Made by a program: the position numbers and the translations under genes. The notes under the pieces were generated by a model. It saw only the letters and a program-made list of their open reading frames with translations, was not told the origin of the DNA and made no database searches. 64,000 bases of DNA from an uncultured delta proteobacterium (GTDB lineage: Bacteria; Desulfobacterota; Binatia; UBA9968): positions 32,001 to 96,000 of the forward strand of contig CAWFJP010000002.1 in NCBI GenBank assembly GCA_963816145.1, written 5' to 3'. Of this stretch, positions 10,659 to 20,143 are shown piece after piece. Positions within the stretch are counted from its first letter, which is position 1. Every line of letters begins with the position of its first letter.

Positions 10659-11945
10659 ATGACACTGAGACACACATCAATTCTCGGCAAAGCGCTGGCG
10701 GTTGCCGCACTAACCGGGTTGGTCGTAGCGGCCTTGTGGTTTTGGCTGCGGCCTGTCGAGGTGTCGACCGCCGAGGTTAGCGTTCGCGAGCTTCACCCGA
10801 TGGTTCAGGGCGTCGGCACCGTTGAAGCCAAGCTTGTGGTTGCCCTCGCCGCTAAAATCACTGGGCGGATTAGCGCAATGAATGTCGATCAAGGTGATGT
10901 TGTACGGACTAGCCAGCTGTTGGTCAAATTGGAGAACTCCGAATTGACCGCGGAGGTGGAGCGGGCGGCGGCAAACCTGGAGCGCGTCAAGTTGGGCTTG
11001 CTGACGCAAGAGGCGGCGCTGCTGCGCGCGCAAGCCGGACTCGCGGCGGCTGACGCAGCGATCGCCAAGGCGCGCTCCAACCAATTGCTCGCGCAGGCCA
11101 ACGCCGAACGCTGGCGCAAGTTGGCCGCCACCGACTTAGTGGCGCAAATGGATCTCGACGAGCGGCTCAATGCCGCCAAGTCCGCCGACGCCGAGCTACG
11201 CAGTGCCGAGGCTTTGCGTGAAGCGGCGGCCAAGGACGTGTCGGCGCAGGAAATTGCCCTGAAGGCGGTACCGCAAGACATCGCTGCTGGCGTTGCGGCG
11301 CTCGCCTCGGCGCGAGCCAGGAACGCGGAAACAAACATCGCCAGTCCTATCGATGGCTATGTCATCAGCCGGGAATTGGAAGCTGGTGCCGCGGTCAATG
11401 TCGGCACGCCGATTCTCAAGCTTGCCGATCCAGCGTCGATCTGGGTGACGGTTTTCGTCGATGAGCGAGAGGCGGGATCGCTGTCGGTGGGTGATCCGGC
11501 CGATGTGTCATTGCGCTCGATTGCAGGACGGCCGTTTGGCGGCAAGATCACGCGCATCCGGCGCGAAAGCGATCGAGTGACCGAACAGCGCACCGTCGAT
11601 ATTCGCTTCGATGAGCGGCCGCCGCGTCTGACACTCGGCGAGCAGGCCGAAGCGGCAATCCGCCCGAGCGCGAAAAAAGCCTTGGCGTTGCCGCTGGCCG
11701 CCGTCGTTCAGTCGCCCAAAGGCGCCGGCGCTTGGACCGTGGTCGATGGCCGTATGCGCTTCAAACCTGGCCGTTTCGGTGTCGCCGATCGCGCCGGCTG
11801 GATCGAGGTGATCGAAGGTTTCTCCGGCGGCGAGCGGGTGATTACCGCACCGGGCCGGCTCGCCGATCTCAAAAATGACGGCCGCCGCGTGGCGGTCGTC
11901 CACGCGGAATCCGACGCGCTGGCGGCGGAAAAATCGCCGCCATGA
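10659..11945 (+). CDS. Efflux periplasmic adaptor subunit (HlyD/MacA family)
   Basis: N-terminal TM, lipoyl half-motifs (KITGRI..VDQGD and IASPIDGYV) and a long alpha-helical hairpin. Confidence 0.88.
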   Translation: MTLRHTSILGKALAVAALTGLVVAALWFWLRPVEVSTAEVSVRELHPMVQGVGTVEAKLVVALAAKITGRISAMNVDQGDVVRTSQLLVKLENSELTAEVERAAANLERVKLGLLTQEAALLRAQAGLAAADAAIAKARSNQLLAQANAERWRKLAATDLVAQMDLDERLNAAKSADAELRSAEALREAAAKDVSAQEIALKAVPQDIAAGVAALASARARNAETNIASPIDGYVISRELEAGAAVNVGTPILKLADPASIWVTVFVDEREAGSLSVGDPADVSLRSIAGRPFGGKITRIRRESDRVTEQRTVDIRFDERPPRLTLGEQAEAAIRPSAKKALALPLAAVVQSPKGAGAWTVVDGRMRFKPGRFGVADRAGWIEVIEGFSGGERVITAPGRLADLKNDGRRVAVVHAESDALAAEKSPP

Positions 11946-13138
11946 ATCTCGCCATTCGTGACGTCAAGTACCGCTTGGGCCGTTTCGTTCTGACCGCGAT
12001 CGGTGTCGGCCTATTGCTCGCCACCGTGATGGCGATGGGCGGCATCTATCGCGGCATGGTCGAGGATGCGCTCAGCATCGTGCGCTCGCCGGGCGCCGAC
12101 CTGTGGGTGGTGCAAAAGGACACCAACGGTCCGTTTGCCGAGACCTCGCGCATTCCCGACGATCTTTACCGCGTCGTGCGGGCGGTTCCCGGCGTGCGCG
12201 AAGCCAGCCCCATCGCATTTCAATCGGTTCAGCTTGTCTACCGTTCGGTTTCCATGCGCACGCAAATCATCGGTTACCGCCCCGGCAATCTTGGCGCGCC
12301 GCCGGCGGTGGCGGCGGGGCGGCCGCTCGCCGCGGGTCGTTATGAAATGGTGCTCGACCGCAAGTCAGGGATTCCCCTCGGTGCGCGCCTGCCGCTGGGA
12401 CGGATGATCTTCACCGTGGTGGGTCTGACCGAAGGGATCGTCTCCAGTTCCGGCGATTCAACCGCTTATGTTTCGCTGCAAGATGCTCAAGAGTTGCAGT
12501 TTCTCAAGGCCAATGAGGCGGTGCGCAATGAACGGGCGCGCTTGCAGGCCGATCTGAGAGCCGATCCTGCGCTCGCTGGCGTTTCCAGCGCCGCACTCGG
12601 ATCGGTAATTCAGAACACCAACCTGGCCAACGCGATCTTGGTGCGTCTTGAGCCTTGGGCGGAGCCGGCTGGAGTCGCCAGGAGTATTGAGCGCTGGAAT
12701 CACTATCGGGCGATGACCACGGCGGAGCAGGAAGATGTGCTCGCCAAAAACGTCATCGAACGGGCGCGCCAGCAGATTCTACTCTTCAGAATCATCCTGC
12801 TGGCGGTTTCGACTGTGATCATCGCGTTGATCATCTACACGATGACCATGGAGAAAAGCCGCGACATCGCCACGCTCAAAATCATCGGCGCGGCCAATTT
12901 CAAGATCGGTGCCATGATTTTACAGGAGTCGTTGGCCTTGGGGCTGCTTGGCTATGTTTTTGGTGCGCTGCTGATCAATTTAACCTATGAAAAGTTTCCG
13001 CGCCGGGTGGCGATTCTGGGGTTCGATCAAACCATACTGTTCGCGATCGTCACGTTCATCTGCGTAGCGGCGAGCATCGTCGGCATCCGGCGCGCTTTGG
13101 CGATCGATCCGACCACGGCCATGGCGGGAGGGACCTGA
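11942..13138 (+). CDS. ABC transporter permease (MacB/FtsX-like)
   Basis: TM1, periplasmic domain, then [14 protein letters not shown] and three TMs. ATGA overlap with the adaptor gene. Confidence 0.88.
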   Translation: MNLAIRDVKYRLGRFVLTAIGVGLLLATVMAMGGIYRGMVEDALSIVRSPGADLWVVQKDTNGPFAETSRIPDDLYRVVRAVPGVREASPIAFQSVQLVYRSVSMRTQIIGYRPGNLGAPPAVAAGRPLAAGRYEMVLDRKSGIPLGARLPLGRMIFTVVGLTEGIVSSSGDSTAYVSLQDAQELQFLKANEAVRNERARLQADLRADPALAGVSSAALGSVIQNTNLANAILVRLEPWAEPAGVARSIERWNHYRAMTTAEQEDVLAKNVIERARQQILLFRIILLAVSTVIIALIIYTMTMEKSRDIATLKIIGAANFKIGAMILQESLALGLLGYVFGALLINLTYEKFPRRVAILGFDQTILFAIVTFICVAASIVGIRRALAIDPTTAMAGGT

Positions 13139-13818
13139 TGTTGGCGGTCGCGGCGGCGAATTTGACCAAGATTTTCGGCCAGGGCGATAGCCAGATCGTT
13201 GCGCTCAAGGACGCCCAGGTTTCGGTCGAGCCGGGAGAGATCGTCGCGCTCATGGGTCCGAGCGGTTCGGGTAAGACGACGCTGCTGCGCGCGCTGTCGC
13301 TGATCGATCCGCCGACCTCGGGCCGGATAGCGATCGGTGGTGAAAACATTTTCGACGGCGAGCGGGTACTGATCGATGACCGCCAGCTGCGGCGCCAGCG
13401 CATGGGGATCATCTTTCAGGCTTACAATCTGATACCGTTTCTGACCACGGTGGAGAATGTCGCGCTGGTGTTGACCCTCAACGGGATTTCCCAACTTGAC
13501 GCGCTGGTACGAGCTCGCGCCTTGCTCCAGCGCCTCGGTCTTGGTCATCGCGCCGACATCTATCCAACCACGCTGTCGGGCGGTGAGCAGCAGCGGGTCG
13601 CGGTCGCTCGCGCGGTGATCAACGATCCCGCCGTGATTCTCGCCGATGAACCGACGGCGGCGCTCGATACCGAAAGAGGTAAGGCGGTCATGGAGCTGCT
13701 GCGCAATCTCGGGCGCACCCGGCACGCGGCGGTGATCGTGGTGACCCATGATGAAAGAATGATCGAGGGTTTCGACCGGGTGTATCACATGATCGATGGG
13801 CAAATTACCAATCATTGA
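13138..13818 (+). CDS. ABC transporter ATP-binding protein (LolD/MacB-type)
   Basis: [25 protein letters not shown] and VTHD. Confidence 0.93.
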   Translation: MLAVAAANLTKIFGQGDSQIVALKDAQVSVEPGEIVALMGPSGSGKTTLLRALSLIDPPTSGRIAIGGENIFDGERVLIDDRQLRRQRMGIIFQAYNLIPFLTTVENVALVLTLNGISQLDALVRARALLQRLGLGHRADIYPTTLSGGEQQRVAVARAVINDPAVILADEPTAALDTERGKAVMELLRNLGRTRHAAVIVVTHDERMIEGFDRVYHMIDGQITNH

Positions 13819-13841
13819 TCCCGGCAGAGGAGGGTTGCTGT

Positions 13842-14000
13842 ATGTATGACTGGCTTTGGTTTGTTGGGTTTTTCGCCGTCTACGTTGTCTTGATGCGCTG
13901 GGTGCTGCCGTGGCTCGGCGTGCCGACTTGAATGTCGTCCGCTTGCGGCGTCGAGTCTCGACGCCAAGATGAAGAAAAGAAACCGGAGTCGGTGCGATGA
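13842..14000 (+). CDS. Single-TM microprotein with in-frame TGA at 13929-13931 (candidate 52-aa selenoprotein, or 29 aa if TGA terminates)
   Basis: SD AGAGGAGGG at 13826-13834. Translates as MYDWLWFVGFFAVYVVLMRWVLPWLGVPT*MSSACGVESRRQDEEKKPESVR. The second stop overlaps the ackA ATG. Confidence 0.65.
13946..13964 (+). promoter_or_regulatory. Candidate bacterial SECIS hairpin
   Basis: GGCGTCGA-GTC-TCGACGCC, a perfect 8-bp stem. Loop G and U are at positions 27-28 counting the U of UGA as 1. Confidence 0.5.
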
Positions 14001-15196
14001 GAGTGCTGGTGCTCAACTGCGGCAGTTCGACGCTCAAGTTTCAGTTGATCGAAACCTCGGACTCTGGTGCAACGGAGCGAAAACTGGCGCGCGGTATCGT
14101 CGATCGGATCGGCGGCCCGGCTTCCTACCATTTTGAGACGAACGGCACTAGCGTTGACGAGAAGGCGTTGGCGGTGGCTAACCACGAAGAGGCAGCGCGA
14201 CTGGTGATCGACTGGCTGCGATCCAAGCCCGGGCTAGAGTCCATCGACGCTGTCGGCCATCGAGTAGTTCACGGCGGCGAACGATTCACCGCTTCGGTAT
14301 TAATCGACGACAATGTTATCGCTACCCTGGAAGCGCTTTGCGAGATCGCGCCGCTGCACAATCCGGGTGCGGTCTTAGGCATTCGTGCAGCACAAAAAAT
14401 TCTCGGTGCTGCTATACCCATGGTCGCGGCGTTCGACACATCGTTTCATCACACGATTCCCCAGCAGGCCGCAACCTACGCGATCCCCTACGAACTCTCA
14501 TTGAAACATAAAATTCGCCGCTACGGCTTCCACGGCCTGGCGCATCAGTACGATATCGCGCGTTACGCGGAGCTTTGCGCTAAATTGCCCGCGCAGGTAA
14601 ACGCCATCACCTTGCATCTCGGCAATGGCTGCTCGGCGACGGCGATCCGTAACGGCGAATCGATCGATACCTCAATGGGGTTTACGCCGCTCGAAGGGTT
14701 GGTGATGGGCACGCGCTCGGGCGATCTCGATCCGGCGCTGGTGACTTTATTGGCGCGGAAGGAGCAGGTGGACGCCGCGGCAGTTGAGAGTTGGCTTAAC
14801 ACCCGTTCGGGGCTGCTGGGACTTTCCGGAATTTCCAATGATATGCGCGAATTGACCGCCGCGTATCGGACCGATCCGCGCGCGCGTTTGGCGGTCGATG
14901 TGTTTTGTTACCGGGCGCGCAAGTATCTCGGCGCCTATCTGACGGTGCTCGGCGGCGTGGCGCAGGCGGTGATCTTCAGCGGCGGCATCGGTGAGAATGC
15001 GCCGTTGGTGCGAAAGAAGATTCTCGACCGCATGGAGTGGTGCGGCTTGAGCCTGGACGATACGGCGAACGACCGCATCATCGGCTGCGACGGAAAAATC
15101 TCTACCGCTCGATCGAAGCTCGATGTCTTCGTCATTCATACGGACGAAGAGGCGGTCATCGCGCGAGAGACGGCGCGGCTCATCGAAGGTAGATGA
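13997..15196 (+). CDS. ackA: Acetate kinase
   Basis: VLNCGSSTLKF, VGHRVVHGG, APLHN, FDTSFH, RRYGFHG, HLGNGCS, TPLEGLVMGTRSGD and GGIGEN. Confidence 0.95.
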   Translation: MRVLVLNCGSSTLKFQLIETSDSGATERKLARGIVDRIGGPASYHFETNGTSVDEKALAVANHEEAARLVIDWLRSKPGLESIDAVGHRVVHGGERFTASVLIDDNVIATLEALCEIAPLHNPGAVLGIRAAQKILGAAIPMVAAFDTSFHHTIPQQAATYAIPYELSLKHKIRRYGFHGLAHQYDIARYAELCAKLPAQVNAITLHLGNGCSATAIRNGESIDTSMGFTPLEGLVMGTRSGDLDPALVTLLARKEQVDAAAVESWLNTRSGLLGLSGISNDMRELTAAYRTDPRARLAVDVFCYRARKYLGAYLTVLGGVAQAVIFSGGIGENAPLVRKKILDRMEWCGLSLDDTANDRIIGCDGKISTARSKLDVFVIHTDEEAVIARETARLIEGR

Positions 15197-15372
15197 CAGC
15201 TATGATTTACACTCTGGTTTCGTGGCTTGGCCGATGAGAAGGACTATTTGTGAAGGAACGGTCGCAACCAGGTTTGGAGCGCCGGTTTCGCAAACTTGCG
15301 AGGCGGTTCCGGTGAATTTCGCATGGGCGCAAAGGTTGGTCACCTATGTGCCATCGGGGGCTAGGTATTTCG

Positions 15373-15387
15373 TGGTATGGAGTTTGC
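15373..15387 (+). promoter_or_regulatory. sigma54 -24/-12 promoter
   Basis: TGGTATGGAGTTTGC (GG-N10-GC) upstream of ATG 15466. Confidence 0.5.
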
Positions 15388-15465
15388 TCTTTTTTGAAAT
15401 CGAGACGATGGCAATACTGGGCGACGGCTCAAAGCCGCGAATCGCATGGAAGGAAGGTACAAGCC

Positions 15466-16422
15466 ATGCCGTTAACTGAAAATAGCGCCACTGCGACGGA
15501 ATTGAGAAACGAGCAGATCGAGAAATACTGGGCTGGGGACTTGGCTCGCAGAAGCTACGTCTTTCGCCGCCAGCGCAAGGCGATACTGGAAAATTGCCGG
15601 CGTATCGCCGTGGTCGGCGCCAGCGCCGATCCCAACAGCCCGATTTTTATCGCCATCGAAAAACTTCTTGGAATGGGGCTGGAGATTATTCCCGTGTTTC
15701 CGGGCCGCGAGAGCCTGCTTGGGCTACGCTGTTACGCCAAGCTAAGCGATGTACCTGGCGTCCTCGACATCGTGCAAGTCTATCCGAGCGACAACATCGA
15801 TTTTGTCGAGCTTGCCCGCGAAGCGGTGGCGAAGAACGTCAACACGTTCTGGATGGAGCCCGGCCTGGCAGCGTCGCGCGAGGTCGAAGAGATCTTGGTG
15901 AATGGCAGAGTTCACGTGGTCGAATACGAGAATCTCGAAACCGAGTATCTCAAGCACCTGCCGTTTACGACGGTGACGGCGGCGTCACGCAAGGACAGAA
16001 AAGCCACTAAAGTTAGAGAACGGATGTCCAAAAATCCCGCCACCGTGACACCTGACGGCGGTCTCAAAGATGCGATCTGGAAGATGGAACATGGTCATTT
16101 TCGCCACCTCCCAGTGGTGGATGGCCATGACAAGCTAATCGGCATGCTCACCGACCGCGACGTGCGGCAGATCAAACCGTCGCTGGCCTTCACCTCTAAA
16201 GAGGACGCGGCGGTGCAGCTCTGGTCGATCTCGGTACAGCAGGCGGCCGTGTTCGATCCGATTAGCGTGAAGCCCGAGACTTCGCTCAAGGAAGCGGCTG
16301 AGCTTATGTTGCGCTGGCATGTTGGCGGCCTGCCGGTGGTTGACGATCACGACAGACTCATCGGTATCCTGACCTACACCGATATCTTGCGCGAGTTCGT
16401 CGGCCGTGAGGATAATCACTAG
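15466..16422 (+). CDS. CoA-binding domain (YccU-like) fused to a CBS pair
   Basis: RIAVVGASADP..IIPVFP..CYAKLSDVPGVLDIVQVY..WMEPG, followed by a CBS pair (RHLPVVD..GMLTDRD and GGLPVVD..GILTYTD). Confidence 0.8.
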   Translation: MPLTENSATATELRNEQIEKYWAGDLARRSYVFRRQRKAILENCRRIAVVGASADPNSPIFIAIEKLLGMGLEIIPVFPGRESLLGLRCYAKLSDVPGVLDIVQVYPSDNIDFVELAREAVAKNVNTFWMEPGLAASREVEEILVNGRVHVVEYENLETEYLKHLPFTTVTAASRKDRKATKVRERMSKNPATVTPDGGLKDAIWKMEHGHFRHLPVVDGHDKLIGMLTDRDVRQIKPSLAFTSKEDAAVQLWSISVQQAAVFDPISVKPETSLKEAAELMLRWHVGGLPVVDDHDRLIGILTYTDILREFVGREDNH

Positions 16423-16498
16423 AAATGAAGACAAAAGCCTGAAGCGGAGAATTAACCGCAAAGAGGGCAAAAAATAATCGGAATATCTGCCGCAAAGA

Positions 16499-16580
16499 CG
16501 CCAAGGCGCAAAGGTCAGTTAACAGGATATTTTTGGACCTAATTATTTATTTACGAACTTCGCGACTTTGCGCCTTGGCG
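16499..16580. repeat. Intergenic 15-bp perfect inverted repeat with AT-rich spacer
   Basis: CGCCAAGGCGCAAAG (16499-16513) and CTTTGCGCCTTGGCG (16566-16580). Confidence 0.8.
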
Positions 16581-16614
16581 GGAGAATATCGGAATCCAGA
16601 ATATTAGGTGACTC

Positions 16615-17097
16615 GTGGCTGAAGCACGCGATTATTTTTACGAAACCGAGATCGAATGGCAGGTGGCGAAACACGGTCAGGTGCAAAGCGCCGGCTTAGC
16701 TCCGATCACCACCGGCACGCCGCCGGAGTTTAACGGGCGCGCCGGCGATTGGTCGCCGGAGCATCTGCTGGTGGCGTCCTTGAACAGCTGTTACATGCTG
16801 ACGTTTCTCGCCATCGCCGAGTTTTCCAAAATCGCCGTCGTGAGTTTTTCCGCAAGCGCCAAGGGCAAACTGGAAAAAGCCGAGGGCGGCACCTATCAAA
16901 TCACCGAGATCATCGTCAAGCCGCATGTGGTGATCGCCTCGGCCAATGACTTGCCGCGCATGCCGCGCATCTTGGAAAAAGCCAAAGAGAATTGTTTCAT
17001 CTCCAATTCGATCAAGAGCAAGATCAAGATCGAGCCGCAAGTGTTTCATCACCAGACTCCTGCGTCGCCTTGCCCGTTGGGGGAAGGCCCGAAATAG
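16615..17097 (+). CDS. OsmC/Ohr family protein
   Basis: PPEFNG, WSPEHLLVASLNSCYMLTF and KENCFISNS supply the two conserved Cys. Confidence 0.88.
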   Translation: MAEARDYFYETEIEWQVAKHGQVQSAGLAPITTGTPPEFNGRAGDWSPEHLLVASLNSCYMLTFLAIAEFSKIAVVSFSASAKGKLEKAEGGTYQITEIIVKPHVVIASANDLPRMPRILEKAKENCFISNSIKSKIKIEPQVFHHQTPASPCPLGEGPK

Positions 17098-17317
17098 CGC
17101 CAACTTTTGCCGAACCGGTCAGCGTCGCGGCATGGTGCTTGGGCTTGGCCGAGTGATGCGATGCCTGGTTGCATCAGTTTTTGCGGAAGTGCTTTGCCAT
17201 CCGGCCTCATAGGCAAAATGTACTCATCGATAGCCGGTATCTGATTTTCATCATTCGATCGGGTACGAATTTGTGCGTCCGGTTGAAGCGCCCTGGGCTC
17301 CAGGTTAAAACGATTGC

Positions 17318-18115
17318 GTGTCTTCCATCCTGGAATTGTTCTGGCTTGTTCCCCTGGGTTTTGTCGCCGGCGGTTACGGTACTTTGATCGGAGCAGGGGG
17401 CGGATTTATCCTCGCTCCTACGCTACTCTTGATCTACCCCGGTGAAGCGGCGGAAACTCTAACTGTCACTTCACTCAGTGTCGTGTTCTTCAATTCCCTA
17501 TCGGGAACTCTCGCTTATCTAAGATCGGGACGAATCGATTTTAAGTCGGGATTGATTTTTGCTCTGGCAACGATGCCAGGAGCTGTGGCTGGCGCCTTGA
17601 CCACCGCGGCGATTAGCCGCGCTCGCTTCAATCTGCTGTTTGGTGTTTTGCTCGTCGTCGTCGCCGTGTTTTTGGCGGTTAATCCACGCAGTAAGAGTGT
17701 TGCGGCAATGGCTCAAGCGGAAGGCGATGCCAAGCGACAGCTGACTCGCGGGACGATGATTATCGGCGCCGGTGTCAGCACGATTTTCGGTTTTATTTCC
17801 AGCTTCTTGGGGATCGGCGGCGGGTTTCTTTACGTTCCCGCGCTGGTTTATCTGATGAAGTATCCCGTACATGTCGCCACCGCCACATCACTTTTCGTTT
17901 TGGCCCTCACTTCCTTGACCGGCAGCGTCACTCACTACGCTGCCGGACTCTTTGACCAAGGTTTCCGCCAAGCCGTCGGTCTCTCTATCGGTGCGATCGT
18001 CGGCGCCCAGATCGCTGCGAGATTGTCGCGGCATATTCGCGGAGACTGGATCATCAGAAGTCTCGCCGTCGCCTTGGCGGTGGTGGGATTGCGCTTGGTC
18101 GTCTTAGCTGTGTAA
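17318..18115 (+). CDS. Sulfite exporter TauE/SafE family protein
   Basis: Duplicated GxGGG motifs (LIGAGGGF and LGIGGGF) and about 8 TMs. Confidence 0.88.
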   Translation: MSSILELFWLVPLGFVAGGYGTLIGAGGGFILAPTLLLIYPGEAAETLTVTSLSVVFFNSLSGTLAYLRSGRIDFKSGLIFALATMPGAVAGALTTAAISRARFNLLFGVLLVVVAVFLAVNPRSKSVAAMAQAEGDAKRQLTRGTMIIGAGVSTIFGFISSFLGIGGGFLYVPALVYLMKYPVHVATATSLFVLALTSLTGSVTHYAAGLFDQGFRQAVGLSIGAIVGAQIAARLSRHIRGDWIIRSLAVALAVVGLRLVVLAV

Positions 18116-18280
18116 AACCGCTAGCTATTCGCCGCCGCAACCGCCGAAATTGCTTTTCCCGCTGGTATTTCTGCCGAATACCTTTCTCTGATCAATTCGC
18201 GTTGACGCGAAAAACTGCCGCGAATATTGCAGTTATGAGAGTTTTTTGCCGGATTTCCTTGCCGGTGCGTGGTTCGCTCA

Positions 18281-18295
18281 TGGCACTGCTGTTGC
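18281..18295 (+). promoter_or_regulatory. sigma54 -24/-12 promoter
   Basis: TGGCACTGCTGTTGC, near-perfect consensus. Confidence 0.7.
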
Positions 18296-18344
18296 GATAA
18301 GCATTGCAGCGTAGGCCGTTAGGCGAATTCCACGAAGAGAGGAG

Positions 18345-18818
18345 GTGAAATGGATGAAAATGAAATCGTTTTTAGTGGGACTGACGGCGTTGGCGATTGG
18401 CTTGGTGTCTTCCGATAGCTTCGCGCAGCGTGGACCGGGGATGATGTGGCGGGGCAGTGGCGGCTGGGGGCCGGGGACGCAGTACAATCGCATGTACGAT
18501 CCGAAGACGGTGGAAACGATTAGCGGAGAAATTACCGTGGTCGATCGAATAACACCGGTCAAGGGCATGTCGGGCGGTGTGCACATGAATGTGAAGACCG
18601 ATAAGGAAACCATTTCGGTGCATCTCGGTCCGGGTTTTTACATCGAGAATCAGGATGTGAAGCTGCAAGCCAAAGACAAGGTCGAAGTGAAAGGTTCGCG
18701 GATCACGTTCGATGGCAAGCCGGCGATCATCGCCGCGGAAGTGAAGAAAGGCGACGAAGTATTGAAGCTGCGTGACGACGCCGGATTCCCGGTGTGGATT
18801 GGCTGGCGGCGCCGTTAA
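18345..18818 (+). CDS. Exported OB-fold-like protein with Gly/Met-rich N-terminus
   Basis: Signal peptide, GPGMMW..GGWG segment and YDPKTVETISGEI..VHLGP..KDKVEVKGS pattern. SD GAGGAGG; the start may be 18354 or 18360. Confidence 0.7.
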   Translation: MKWMKMKSFLVGLTALAIGLVSSDSFAQRGPGMMWRGSGGWGPGTQYNRMYDPKTVETISGEITVVDRITPVKGMSGGVHMNVKTDKETISVHLGPGFYIENQDVKLQAKDKVEVKGSRITFDGKPAIIAAEVKKGDEVLKLRDDAGFPVWIGWRRR

Positions 18819-18876
18819 CCGTCAGCGCTTGATGCGGAAGATCGCGGCAGGACGACTAGGAAAAGTGGAGGCGTTT

Positions 18877-19254
18877 GTGTGGCAAACCTTCGTAGCGATC
18901 GGCACTGTGGGCGGGCTATTGGCTGGGCTTTTTGGCGTCGGTGGCGGAATAGTCATCGTACCAGCGTTAATCTATTTGGCCGGACTCTCGCAACACCAGG
19001 CGACTGGGACTAGTCTAGCGGTGCTGTTACCGCCCATCGGTTTGGCGGCTGCGATCGAGTACTACCGCCACGGCAACGTTAACGTTCCTGCTGCGATTAT
19101 CCTGGCGATAACCATGTTCATCGGGACGTGGATCGGTGCCGTGATTGCCAACAAGATTTCCGGCCCTCATCTCAGGCTGATGTTCGGCGTTTTTGTCTGG
19201 GGTCTGGGAACTTATTTGATCTATGGTGCCTGCCGTCGACTCGGCTGGCTATGA
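18877..19254 (+). CDS. Half-size TauE/SafE family membrane protein
   Basis: GLFGVGGGIVIVPAL..QHQATGTSLA. GTG start after GGAGG. Confidence 0.82.
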   Translation: MWQTFVAIGTVGGLLAGLFGVGGGIVIVPALIYLAGLSQHQATGTSLAVLLPPIGLAAAIEYYRHGNVNVPAAIILAITMFIGTWIGAVIANKISGPHLRLMFGVFVWGLGTYLIYGACRRLGWL

Positions 19255-19269
19255 TTGGCGGATCTCGTG

Positions 19270-19468
19270 GGGGAGGGTTGGCATCTTGATTGGCGCGGGG
19301 TTCTACTCTGAGGTCTATCCGTTCATTCAAGATAATCTTCTCAAGCTCGGCGATTACGGCAAGTTGACGATTCCGGCACTAGTCGGGGTGGGACCATGGT
19401 ATGTAATTATCCCATTCGTCATCGTTGTGACTGGCGTTTTGACCATGCTCCACCGTAAAGGTATGTGA
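19270..19468 (+). pseudogene. C-terminal remnant of a YeeE/YedE family transporter
   Basis: GILIGAGFYSEVYP..LGDYGKLTIPALVGVGPW resembles the YeeE/YedE C-terminus. No N-terminal half or good start is present. Confidence 0.5.
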
Positions 19469-19509
19469 AATTGATCGATGGAAGTGGCGTCTGATTCGAG
19501 GAGCTTGCC

Positions 19510-19947
19510 ATGAGTTTTCGAAAAATTCTTATTGCGGTGGACGAGAGCGGGTTTGCGGCGCGCGCTGCCGACGTCGGGTTCGAGCTGGCGCGTTCGCTGG
19601 GCGCTGAGGTGGCAATTATTCATGTGGTCGATCCCGCCGTTGATGCTTATGCTCCCGAGGGTGGGATTCCGCTGAGCGAACTTGTCACGCTTGCTCAGCA
19701 GGATGGGCGAAGACTCCTTGCCGCATTCGCTCAACGCGCTGGGTTACAGCCAGCGCCTCATGAGTTCATTCACGTCGGCAAGACTGCGACCGAGATCGTC
19801 AAGGCGGCTAAAGAGTGGCCTGCGGACCTTATCGTCATCGGCAGTCATGGCCGCGGGGGTATCGATCGCCTGCTGTTAGGGAGTGTCGCCGAGGCGGTGA
19901 TGCGCCACGCGGCATGTCCGGTGCTGGTAGTTCGAGCAGAACAGTGA
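19510..19947 (+). CDS. Universal stress protein (USP)
   Basis: KILIAVDES and DLIVIGSHGRGG..LLGSVAEAV..CPVLVV. Confidence 0.93.
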   Translation: MSFRKILIAVDESGFAARAADVGFELARSLGAEVAIIHVVDPAVDAYAPEGGIPLSELVTLAQQDGRRLLAAFAQRAGLQPAPHEFIHVGKTATEIVKAAKEWPADLIVIGSHGRGGIDRLLLGSVAEAVMRHAACPVLVVRAEQ

Positions 19948-20008
19948 GCCCACTTGATGAACTGCCGGGACAGCACGCCCCATCGGTACCGACACAGTCC
20001 GCTCTCGG

Positions 20009-20051
20009 CAGCCCCGCAGGTCTCGCGGCGAAGCGCGAGGCTGGTTTTTTT
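20009..20051 (+). terminator. Possible intrinsic terminator
   Basis: Hairpin CTCGCG-GCGAAG-CGCGAG with outer CAGCC/GGCTG pairing, followed by a run of 7 T. Confidence 0.35.
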
Positions 20052-20143
20052 CCACCGTAGAGAAACCTTGGTCGCGACGATGAAGCAACCTCGTGTCGTA
20101 ACGAAGAGTCTCAAGACTCCCAAAGTCTTTAATCGGAGGTCAT

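Noticed and set aside
10592-10660. Purine-rich GGAAG/GGCGGAAGG low-complexity tract
   Set aside because: Degenerate, with no clear period or structure to support a functional call.
13027-14037. 336-aa minus-strand ORF
   Set aside because: Typical antisense shadow of an ABC ATPase, and it overlaps ackA and the microprotein.
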